From positions 25,301 to 89,300 of the forward strand of contig CAWDZT010000010.1 of the NCBI GenBank assembly GCA_963807025.1: DNA of 64,000 nt. The letters are read 5' to 3'. Below the pieces are notes generated by a model that was given only the letters and a program-made list of their open reading frames with translations, made no database searches and was not told the origin of the DNA. Of this stretch, positions 21,591 through 31,279 are shown one piece after another. How positions within the stretch are numbered: position 1 is the first letter of the stretch; the number at the start of each line of letters is the position of its first letter. The DNA comes from an uncultured Candidatus Saccharibacteria bacterium (GTDB lineage Bacteria; Patescibacteriota; Saccharimonadia; Saccharimonadales; UBA4665). A program made the translations under genes and the position numbers.

Positions 21591-21614
21591 GCGAATCGTG
21601 GTATATTGAAGCCT

Positions 21615-22485
21615 ATGAGCCAAACACCAAAGCGGGGGTTGGGCCGCGGTTTCGAATCGCTTCTGCCGGCCGACTTCGATGACAGCATCCTCCTGACGGC
21701 CGACGACCGTATAGAGAAGATTCCCGTCGGCAAGCTGGAGCCGAACCCTTACCAGCCGCGCAAACACTTCGACGACGCCGCGCTCAGGGAGTTATCGGCC
21801 TCCATCAAACGCCACGGCGTGCTTCAGCCGCTTGGTAGTCACCCCTGGAAAATCAAAAGGCGCGTACATACTGATAGCCGGCGAACGCCGCTGGCGCGCC
21901 TCCAAGCTGGCCGGCCTCAAAGAAGTCCCGGCCATCGTCCGCAGCCACAAGGAGCTGGAACAGCTGGAAGTCGCCCTGATCGAGAACGTCCAGCGCATCG
22001 ACCTTTCGCCCCCTGGAACAGGCCGTCAGCATCGAACGCCTGCACGAGCAGTTCAACCTGGGGTACGAAGACATAGCCAAGCGCCTGGGCAAGGCCAGCT
22101 CCACCGTGCAGAACACCGTGCGCCTGCTGCGTCTGTCCGAGGCCGCGCAGCGACGCCCTGGCCAAGCGCAAGATAAGCGAAGGCCACGCCCGCGCCATCC
22201 TGGCGCTCAAAGGCGACGCCGAACGCCAAGCTTATCTGTTAAAGACCATCATTGAACAGGGGTGGAGCGTCCGTCAGGCCGAGCGCTTCGTCACCAGCGT
22301 GAAGGCCGGCACCAAGGACGTCAAAAAGACCCACGAACACGTTTCGACGGAGACGCCCGAAACCAAGACAGCTGAGCAAGAAGCTCGGCGCCCCCGTTAA
22401 TATCCGCCGCACCGCCAAAGGCGGCAAGCTCGAAATCACCTTCACCTCCGACGAAGAACTTAGGCGCCTTATAGACTTTTTCTGA
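21615..22485 (+). CDS. parB: chromosome partitioning protein ParB (about 4 frame pieces)
   Basis: KRGLGRGFESLL start, GERRWRASKLAG and ALIENVQR motifs, and an HTH segment YEDIAKRLGKASSTVQN. Confidence 0.8.
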
Positions 22486-22505
22486 ACCTGAATCTATCGG
22501 CTCTA

Positions 22506-23599
22506 TCAGCCGGTTATGGTCACGGCCGTCCCGACCGACGCCCATCCATAAAGCCATGACATAGCCGCCGGTGGTACATGGACACAACCATGAGAACCCT
22601 GGGAGGCGTACTGGGCAGAGCCATAAGGGAACGTCTGCCAGGAAGAGTCATGGAATCCATAATCGGAATAAAAAGGCATCCAGTAGCTTACCGCGTAATT
22701 CCAAGAAGGGCCTACCAGCCGGGTATTAGCGGTTTTGCCATATATATACCAACTGCCAGTGGGCGTAGCGGTGCCTTGGGCATAGGCGCCGGTAGTAATG
22801 GCCGTATCATATACGGCAGACGGGCCGCTGCAGGCCCACAGGTGCTGGCTGCTTATGCTGACCAGTATCAGATTGCGCCCCCGGGGATTATCAGCGCAAG
22901 TCCGCGGGACCTGTACAGGCGCGGGGGCGCCGGTGTGCGGCGTCGCCAATGCGGCTTGCCGGGACTTAAGCTGATTCAGGCGCGGCTTAAGGCTTTTAGC
23001 CGTGACCTTCAGGGGCCACCCTTGTTACAGGAATGTTAATAACGGACTGGTTTGCCGCAAGAGCCGCGCGTACGGACCTGAAGGCCCGCGCCATATTTAT
23101 ATGGCGGCCCGGCCGCGCCGGGCTGATAGCATAACTTCCCTGCTTTTTGATAATCCGGGCATTGACCGGCGCCTTCTTCGTCTGTTCCGCAAGTTTAGAC
23201 AGGCGCGCATGAAGCACGCGGTCGTTGAGTGTGCGTGTAAGCAGGGATTTCCTGTTTATCGAAAAAGCTGAGCTTACCGCAGATAACCGACCGTGCATCG
23301 GTCAAGGACAAGGCATTATCTACAGGCAAAGCCTTGCGCTCAGCGGCCTTGCTTATCTTTTCTCCGTCCAGTTCCCACCCCAGTTGAGCAGGCGTCAACG
23401 AAAAGGTGCGGCTATTTACCGTCAGCTTGACGTCAGATGGCAGTTCCGGCCTCTGGTTAGCCTGGTCTGCCAGGTTTGAGTAAGGAGTGGCCGGCCGGGC
23501 CTGCTATGATCGGTCGCCAGCCCTACTAGAGCTATCATACCGAGCCAACAGGCCTGCCGCCGACAATATAAATACTCGCTTTTTGAGTAAACCGTCCAT
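22506..23599 (-). CDS. L,D-transpeptidase family protein with N-terminal signal/anchor (frameshifted)
   Basis: YkuD motif GFHDSSW...GSHGCVHVP in ORF 22506..22949. Upstream pieces 22996..23398 are in other frames. Start MDGLLKKRVFIL at 23599. Confidence 0.6.
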
Positions 23600-23656
23600 T
23601 TGTATTATTCAAATATAAATATGATTTAAAAGCAAGTTTAATTTATAGTTTGGTAT

Positions 23657-24417
23657 CTAGGCCAGGCGGTCTTGCACCTCTTTGGCCAGCGCCTTGTAGG
23701 CGCGGGCGCCCTTGCTCCAGCGGTCGTGCTCGTAGATGGTGCGCCCGTAACTGGGCGCCTCGGCCAGGCGCACGTTGCGCGGCACCATGGTCTTGAACAG
23801 CTTATCGCCGAAGTAGTTGGCAATTTCGGCCTGCACCTGTTCGCTCAAGGAGTTCCGCTTATCGAACATGGTCACGGCCACCCCTAACAGTTCCAGATGA
23901 GGATTGGTGCTGGAGCGCACCGCCTGAATGGTGTTAAGCAGCTGGCTCAGACCCTCCAGCGCATAATATTCGGCCTGCACCGGTATTATTACGCTGTCGG
24001 CGGCCGTCAGGCCGTTGATGGTCAGCAGACCCCAGCGACGGCGGGCAATCTATTATGACTACGTCGTGGCCGGCCGCCTTCCAACACCTTGCGCAGGGCG
24101 AATTCACGGTGTTCGCGCCCCACCAGCTCGACTTCGGCGCCGGCCAGGTCGGAATTGGCCGGCAGGACCGATAACTTCTTTATATGCGTCTTGTGCATGG
24201 CGTTTTTCAGGGGTGCGCCCTTGCACAGGACGTCATATGTGCCCTGTCCGCCATGCTCCTTGGAAAGCCCTAGGCCGCTGGTGGCATTGCCTTGCGGGTC
24301 CAGGTCGACAAGCAGTACCCGCATGCCTTCCGCGGCCAACTGGGCGCCGACGTTTATGGCCGTGGTGGTCTTGCCCACCCCGCCTTTCTGGTTCACCACC
24401 GCGATAGTTTTTGTCAT
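23657..24417 (-). CDS. parA: ParA/Soj chromosome partitioning ATPase (1-nt insertion near 24005)
   Basis: [19 protein letters not shown] (deviant Walker A). [14 protein letters not shown] is restored by removing one T. GGAGGG lies upstream of the ATG. Confidence 0.85.
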
Positions 24418-24921
24418 AACCCTCCGGAACTCAGTCTTCGGCCTTAAGTATAGCACCGCCCGAGCGCCACCTCCTATAGCCTATCTATAGTACTAAATGG
24501 CTAGCCTTGTAGTACTAGTTACTAGATTACAGGGGTAGACTACCCGCTTATTGGCCTGTAATACCCTCGTTTTAGGCGCTTTCAGGGGTAATATAAGCAC
24601 CTCCCGGTGTCTCCTACCGGTAGTATCTATAGTGTTTATGTATCGGAAACTCTACGACGCACAATATTGATGTACGGTGGCGTCATATGGTCTTGAAGAG
24701 CGGATCGCCTTGGATCATGCGGCGCAGCTGTTCCTGCTGCCGGCGCTCTTTGCGCGACAATCGTTTGAGCAAACGGTCGTCCTGTTGTTTCCTGACTTTT
24801 TGCGTTTGCATTTTAAAATTTCAAGGTTCAAGTTAATGATGGTTGGCCTGCCACCATGCCGCCTGGCTGTAGATCCGGAAGGCCGTAGCCGGCGTGCCGC
24901 GCCGCGTCTACGATCAACGAC

Positions 24922-25146
24922 AAAAAACACCCGCTAAGGCAAAAGCCTCATGGGTGCCAGTTGGCTGCTTGCGCCGGTATGTCGGTAATGTCGGCATTGG
25001 TTTTAGGGTTTTTGTATTGGTTAAGTACCGAAACTCCAGTTTTGGTGGCTCCCGGGCCTTTCAGCCCGGAAGCCAGTTTGGCTTTTTGTTTGGTTTAACC
25101 AATTTTTGTTGGTTAAGGGCCGAAGCCTTTACGGGCACCAACCCTA
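24922..25146 (-). ncRNA. candidate structured non-coding RNA of about 225 nt (identity unknown)
   Basis: TTGCAT-17 nt-CATACT promoter-like element at 25154-25182 (minus strand). Hairpins include TTAACCAAcaaaaaTTGGTTAA and CCGGGCugaaagGCCCGG. The ends can pair (CAUAGGGU..UGCC with GGCACCCAUG). A T-run follows a weak stem near 24922. There is no long ORF. Confidence 0.25.
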
Positions 25147-25397
25147 TGAATGCAGTATGAACCTTCGCCCAGAGGCATGCAAGGGTTTTTGAACAAAAAA
25201 GATATGCATTTTTTGGGCGCCTTTTTGCGGTTTATTTACGCCGAAAATCGTTGTTTATAAGTCTATGGTTCGGCAGATTTACCCTATAAACCAAGGTGTT
25301 ATATGGGGTTGTGGCCGTTGTACCCTGCCTATAGCCCTTGTTGATTTAATTATAACGGGCCTGAAAATCAGGCTAAAGTTATCCACAACCGCTTTGG

Positions 25398-25718
25398 TTA
25401 GGCTGCTGCTTTGCTGATCTTGGATATCTTGATGACTGTCTGATGCTGGCGGTGGCCGCGGGTCTTGCGTACGCGCTTCTTGGCCTTATAGCGGATGGAC
25501 GTGACCTTCTCGGCCCGGACGTCGGCCTCTACCACTTCCGCGGTAACCTTGGCCTTGGGCACGGTAGGCGTACCGACTCTGTTTTGTCGCCGTCCATGAC
25601 CAGCAGGGCCTCGAAGCTCAAGCTTCTTACCGGCGTCCTTGATGCGCTCGACATTAAGCGTCTCGCCTTCGGACACGAGATACTGTTTGCCACCGGTCTT
25701 GATTACTGCTTTTTTCAT
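25398..25718 (-). CDS. rplU: 50S ribosomal protein L21 (two compensating frameshifts around 25540-25610)
   Basis: MKKAVIKTGGKQYLVSEGETLNVE ... KTRGHRQHQTVIKI is typical of L21. The middle ~20 aa are out of frame. Confidence 0.85.
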   Translation of the reverse strand: MKKAVIKTGGKQYLVSEGETLNVERIKDAGKKLELRGPAGHGRRQNRVGTPTVPKAKVTAEVVEADVRAEKVTSIRYKAKKRVRKTRGHRQHQTVIKISKISKAAA

Positions 25719-25783
25719 ACGTTCATAGGAGCATATCAGAAAGCCCCGCCCCTGTAAAGGATGCCGACCATTAACCGATTATC

Positions 25784-25993
25784 GCGGATATGACATTCCC
25801 ATCCTCTGTTACAACATGTCAACATGTAGCTCGACGTTTTTGACCCCCAGAGGACATGTATGCCAACCTTCCCCTTAAACAAAACCACTAACACACCGCA
25901 AGGTACGCCTACTATTCACCTTACTCCTAACCCTAAAAACGTCGAGCTACATGTTGACATAGAACCGCCCCTGTTAGCGAATGTCATATCCGC
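25784..25993. repeat. MITE-like element, copy 1 (GCGGATATGACAT termini; inverted relative to copies 2 and 3)
   Basis: Outer inverted repeat gcggatatgacattc and inner inverted repeat atgtcaacatgtagctcgacgttttt. The interior matches the flanks of copy 3, with about 205 nt missing. Confidence 0.7.
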
Positions 25994-25998
25994 AACGA

Positions 25999-28899
25999 TC
26001 AAGAGGTCTGCGTGGTTCTAGCCAGACTGATGGTCAGCTCGGCGCTGTCGATCTTGACGGTGGCGCTATAGCCGTCCTTAACAGCCTCGTCCGAGGCTGG
26101 TAGCCAGGGTTTCCTGTTTGATAACATCAGCCAGGCCGGTATCTGTCAGGACGGCCTGCAGGTCTTTGTCGGAGGTTTCCAGCTGAAGATGGATGCGGTT
26201 GTCGACGTCCAGGCCGGCGTCTTTGCGGGCCTTCTGGACATGCCGCACCACTTCGCGCATCAGGCCTTCGCGTTTAAGAACAGGGGTAGCTTCGGTGTCC
26301 AGCTTGACCGCCTTGCCCCATTTGACCTCTTTGACATTGAGTTCCTCGGCGATGATATCGCGGTAGAGCGCCGGCAGTTCCGGTACGATTACGCCGGCAG
26401 AGGCTGGCGGACCTTGACCTTGGCTTCGGCGCGCTGGGCCAGGCCATCGACTATATAAGCGCGGGCGCGCTGGCCATCTCAGCGATCAGCTTCTTGTCGG
26501 CCTTGCCGGATTCCGGCCAGTCGCTTAGGTGGACGGACGCTGGCAGATCGGTACCTTCGGCCAGCTGTTGCCAGATGTGGTCCGGCAGGAACGGCGAGAA
26601 CGGAGCCAATAGCTGACAAAGGCGCAGCAAGGTGTAATGCAGGGTGGCATAGGCCTGCTGTTTGTCGGCGTCGTCTTCGCTCTTCCAGAAACGGCGGCGG
26701 GAACGGCGGACGTACCAGTTGGAAGCGTCATCCAACAACTCTGCGATGGGCCTGGTGGCCTTGTCCAGCCGATAGGCGTCCATGGCCTCCGTCACGGCCG
26801 CCGTAGCCTCGTTCAGGCGCGAGAGCATCCACTGGTCCAGGATGTTATCGCTCTTGGGTTCTACGAGCGGCTCGGAGGGCTTGTAGTGGTCCACGTCGGC
26901 GTAGAGCTTGTAGAAGTTGAAGATGTTGTTGAGCGTCATGAAGATCTTACGCTGGACGTCGCGCAGGAAGTCGGTGCTGAAGCGGGTATCTTCCCCGTTG
27001 ACCAGCGGGCTGGAAGCCATGAAGAAGCGCATGCTGTCCACGCCGTACTGGTCGAAGATGTCGTCCATGGGGGCGTAGTTCTTCTTGCGTTTGGACAGCT
27101 TTTCGCCGTCGGCGGCCACGATCCAGCCGGAACAGATGACGTTCTGGAAGGCCGGTTTGTCGAACAGCGCCGTGGCCAGCACGTGCAAGGTGTAGAACCA
27201 GCCGCGGGTCTGGTCCACCGCCTCGGCGATGAAGTCCGCCGGGAAGTTCTTCTCCCATTCGCCTTGTTCTCGAACGGATAGTGGTCCTGGGCGTAGGGCA
27301 TGGCGCCGCTCTCGAACCAGCAGTCGAACACTTCCGGTATACGCTTGGCGATCTTGCCGGAATCAGTCTTGATCTCGACGTCGTCTATGGACGGCCGGTG
27401 CAGATCGCCCACCTTCTGAGGGGTCGACGGCCCGTTTCTTAAGCTCTTCCACGCTGCCGACGACGGTGACTTCGCCGTCGTCGGTCACCCAGACCGGCAG
27501 CGGCGCGCCCCAGAAACGGTTGCGGCTGACGGCCCAGTCGCGGGCGCCACCCAGCCAGTTGCCGAAGCGGCCCTCCCTTATGTGTTCAGGTATCCAGTTG
27601 ATCTTGTCGTTATTCTTGACCAGGCGGTCGCGTACGTCGGTGACTTTGATCAGCCAGGAGTCGGTGGCGTAGTACAGAAGCGGCGTGTCACAGCGCCAGC
27701 AGAACGGATAGGTGTGCTTGATCGTCTCGGCGGCGTAAACCATGTCGCTTCTTGGTCAGGTGGGCGATTATCCGCTTATCGGCCGTTTTAAAAAATACAC
27801 CGGCTATGTCTTCGGGCAGGCCTATATCCGTAGAAACCTTGCCGTTGTCATCAATACTCAGCACAACGGGTATGTTGTGCTCTTTACCTAGCGATAAATC
27901 GTCCTCACCGAAGGCCGGCGCCACGTGCAGTATACCGCTGCCGTCCTCAATGCTCACGAACTCCGCCGGCCAAACTTTGTAGAGATTACTACGGTTTGAA
28001 TACGAATCGAGGCCTTTCAAATTGAACAAAGGTTCGTAACTGCGTCCGGCCAGCTCGCTGCCCCGCACTTCTTTGACGATGCTGTAAGTTTCGACATCCA
28101 GCGCCTCCAGCCGGTCGCGGGCCACGACCACGGTCTCTTTTTTGCCATCGTCGTCCTCCAGCTCCACGTATACGTATTTGGCGTCCGGCTTCACGGCGAT
28201 GGCGGCGTTGCCCGGCAGGCTCCACGGCGTGGTGGTCCAGCCTAACAGATAGGCGTCTTCGTCGGCCAGCTTGAACTTCACGAACAGGCTGGGGTCTTCG
28301 ACCCCGTCCTGGTAGCCCTGGTTAAGCTCGAAGTTGCTGAGCGGCGTGGCACAGCGCGGGCAGTACGGCGCACTGCGGAAGTCCTTGTACACCAGACCCT
28401 TGTCGTAGATGGTCTTGAACACATGCCAGACGCTCTCGATGTAGCTTTCGTCCAGCGTGGCGTAGGTCTTGTCGTAATCGGCCCAGCGGCCTACCCGGCG
28501 GAACATCGATCCTCCCAGAGGTCCTTGTACTTGAATACAGATTCGCGGCACTCGGCGTTGAACTTATCGATACCGTACTCGACGATGTCCTGTTTGCCCT
28601 TGAAACCGTGTTCCTTTTCGATGGCGTATTCCACCGGCAGGCCGTGCGTATCCCAGCCGATGCGCCGCGGCACGTAGTAGCCGCGCATGGTCTTGTACCG
28701 GGTGACGGTGTCTTTGATGGTAGTCTGTAACAGATGGCCGTAGTGCGGCGTGCCGTTGGCGAACGGCGGGCCGTCGTAGAAACTGAAGGTCTTGCCTTGT
28801 TCGCGCTGTTCTCAGGCTCTTTTCGAAGGTATGGTCGGCCTCCCACTCCTTGAGCAGGTCTTCCTCAATCTCGGCCAGGAAGTGTTTCTTACCTTTCAC
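25999..28899 (-). CDS. ileS: isoleucyl-tRNA synthetase (at least 6 frame pieces)
   Basis: [18 protein letters not shown] and the KMSKS variant [11 protein letters not shown] in ORF 26451..27218. Editing and N-terminal pieces are in ORFs 27363..28899. The C-terminus reads ...[13 protein letters not shown] after a shift. Confidence 0.85.
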
Positions 28900-28963
28900 G
28901 ACAGGTGTAAGTATATCACGCGACCAGGGTCGGATGGCACCTGCCCTTTAGAGCTGAAACGTA

Positions 28964-29230
28964 TTAGGCGCTGGCGTAGGCGGCGACTTCGTCCATCAGG
29001 GGCAGGTGGCCGCCCTCCCAGACTTTCTGGGGGTAGCCGTCGGTCTGAAGCACCAGGATGGCCGGATATTGGACGACATCGTACAGGCTGGCCGTGGCCG
29101 AGCCGTCGCGGGTGTCTATATCGAGTACTTCCAGCCGCCAGTCCCTGTGGCGGGACTGGAAATCGTGTATGAACTCCTCGACTACGCGGCCGTGTTCGGA
29201 TCTGGGCCGATAAAGCACAAGCACTTTCAT
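28964..29230 (-). CDS. hypothetical small protein, possibly thioredoxin-like fold without CxxC
   Basis: 88-aa ORF. A beta-alpha-beta pattern is suggested (MKVLVLYRP...). No catalytic motif. Confidence 0.3.
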   Translation of the reverse strand: MKVLVLYRPRSEHGRVVEEFIHDFQSRHRDWRLEVLDIDTRDGSATASLYDVVQYPAILVLQTDGYPQKVWEGGHLPLMDEVAAYASA

Positions 29231-29411
29231 AACGGCTTAAGTGTAGCACAAGTAGCACAAGATTTGATTAACTAATAAAAATATCATAACGACGTTAACT
29301 TATGCTAATATGGCGTTTATCATATTATTATTTAATGATTTATATCGTGACGCGCAAACATAGACCCCTAACTGCACCCGCACATTGTGCGTGCATACGG
29401 GCAAGCCAGGT

Positions 29412-29440
29412 TTGCATGCGCGACGAGGCTGTGGTATAAA
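29412..29440 (+). promoter_or_regulatory. sigma70-like promoter of the leu leader (TTGCAT-17 nt-TATAAA)
   Basis: ttgcat at 29412-29417, a 17-nt spacer, and tataaa at 29435-29440, 8 nt before the leader ATG. Confidence 0.45.
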
Positions 29441-29447
29441 CTTACGC

Positions 29448-29528
29448 ATGGCAAAAACCATGAAGCACATACAAGGACTTCTCCTCCTCGGCCTTACGGG
29501 GTTGTGCTTCAGCATGGTTGAAGCCTAG
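29448..29528 (+). CDS. leucine-rich leader peptide (26 aa: MAKTMKHIQGLLLLGLTGLCFSMVEA)
   Basis: Short ORF with 6 Leu among 10 consecutive residues (ctt ctc ctc ctc .. ctt .. ttg), upstream of leuA. It ends inside the antiterminator arm. Confidence 0.6.
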   Translation: MAKTMKHIQGLLLLGLTGLCFSMVEA

Positions 29529-29573
29529 CCCGCCCTCGCCGACCGAGAGCGCGCCCAGCACGACCCGCAACTT

Positions 29574-29609
29574 AAATCAGGCTTCAACCGAAGCCTGATT
29601 TTTAATTTT
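29574..29609 (+). terminator. rho-independent attenuator terminator upstream of leuA
   Basis: AAATCAGGCTTC-aacc-GAAGCCTGATTT followed by TTaaTTTT. GGCTTCAACC (29580-29589) can pair instead with GGTTGAAGCC (29515-29524). Confidence 0.65.
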
Positions 29610-29630
29610 GAGAGAATTGAGAGGAAACAA

Positions 29631-31151
29631 ATGTCAGAAATACCAACACCTGAATATGTAAATCTGTTCGATACTACGCTTAGAGACGGCATCCAGTCGC
29701 CAGGCATCGCGCTCACGACCGAGCAAAGTCTGCATATAGCCCAGCAGCTGGACCGCATGGGCGTAGATATCATCGAGGCCGGGTTCCCGATTTCGTCGCC
29801 GGGCAACTTCGAGGCGGTGCAAACTATCGCTCAAGAGGTACCTGGGCCTGTCATCGCCGCGTTAGCCCGGGCCGAATCCGAAGATATCAAGGTAGCGGCT
29901 GAAGCGTTGCACGATGCTGAACGGCCGCGGATACATACCTTCATATCCACATCTGACATCCATATCGAGCACCAGATGCAGACCACGCGCGAGGACGTCA
30001 AAAGGCTGGCGCGGGCCGCAGTCGCCCAAGCTAAGGAGTATGTCGACGACGTACAGTTCTCGCCCATGGACGCCACCCGCGCCGACGAGGAGTTCACTGC
30101 CGAGGTCGTCAGATTGCCATAGACGAAGGGGCTACTACCATAAATTACCCCGACACAGTCGGCTATACTGAGCCGGATGATTCGGTGATTACCTTACCCG
30201 TCAACGCCAGTACGTGCCGGCTGCTGGGTACGGCCGGCGTGGTATGCCCGGTTCACCGCCTACTACGACCTGGGCATGGCGGTCGCCAACACGTTGTTCG
30301 GCGTGAAAGCCGGCGCCGGGCAGGTCAGGGAGCCGTTAACGGTCTTGGCGAACGGGCCGGTAACGCCTCATTGGAAGAAATCGGCATGGCGCTAAGGGTC
30401 AGGCCCGACGTATACGGAGTCGAAATCGGACTCAACAGCGAAGCCATAGCCCCGACCAGCCGGATGGTCGCCCGCTATACCGGCTATCCCGTGCCTAAAA
30501 ACAAGGCTATCGTGGGTGAGAACGCCTTCGAACACGAGTGCCGGTATCCATCAGGGCGGCATATTGCGCGAGATCCGCAGTACGTTCGAAATCATGCGCG
30601 CCAAAGATGTCGGCAGGGACACCGACGGCATCGCCTTGGGCAGGCAGTCCGGCCGGTCCGCGCTTAAGCACGTATTGGAACAGGAAGGTACCTTCGATCC
30701 GGCCGTCATGAACCCGACCTTCGTGATGTTCAAGGAGCTGCCACCGGGTCGGCGGCGTTTCCCGGGAGCAGGCGGTCGAGATACACGAAGAAGCCGCGCG
30801 GCGGCAGAACAACCTACGCCCTGGACAAATATGAAGTTTCTGCCTCAGGCAACGGCAAAGAAGGTGAATATGAGCCACTGGTCACCATCAACGATGGCTC
30901 GGCCAGCAACGGAGATCGACGTGTTCTCGCTTGAGGAAGGCCATGAAGCAGGAGCCGGCGCCATCGCCGTAATTGAAGAGGACGGCCACCGCTTTACGGC
31001 TTACGGTAGGAGCGGCGGGAGTGAGAACGAAGCAAGTTTTGACGCCTACGTCAATGGCTACAATATGATCCAAAGGATCAAGGCCAGAGAGGCTGCACCT
31101 TCAAGACCTTACTTTGAACTGATTGACAGGCGGCCTGTCCGAAATCCTTAG
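29631..31151 (+). CDS. leuA: 2-isopropylmalate synthase (about 4 frame pieces)
   Basis: LFDTTLRDGIQSPG and HTFISTSDIH motifs in ORF 29631..30122. The C-terminal LeuA dimerisation/regulatory region is in ORF 30516..31151. Confidence 0.8.
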
Positions 31152-31262
31152 CTACAGCCGGTGGTGGAGCCGCAGGCGGTGCAGACGTAGTCAGCTGCCT
31201 GAGCGCTGGGTCTGGTTGCCGCAGTTGTAACAGCTTCCGGCTGGGCCTATCTGGACGCCCTG
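31148..31262 (-). repeat. degenerate tandem duplicate of the nrdJ 3' end (zinc-ribbon tail)
   Basis: 31148-31240 is about 90% identical to 31280-31370 with one indel. It would encode ..SCYNCGNQTQRSGS(C)YVCTACGSTTGCS*. The leuA stop codon lies inside it. Confidence 0.6.
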
Positions 31263-31279
31263 CGACAGGGCTTAGAGGC

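Noticed and set aside
24880-25170. RNase P RNA, SRP RNA or tmRNA identity for the structured region
   Set aside because: CUGAAAGGCCCGGGAGCC only loosely resembles the RNase P GGAAAGUCCGGGCUCC block. The SRP domain IV (GGAA...AGCAG) and tmRNA tRNA-like ends are absent. The length also fits poorly.
29242-29259. Tandem GTAGCACAA x2 and the CGCACA-t-TGTGCG palindrome (29385-29397) as operators
   Set aside because: They are too short and unique to support a call. They are noted only as possible regulator sites upstream of the small 28964..29230 gene and the leu leader.
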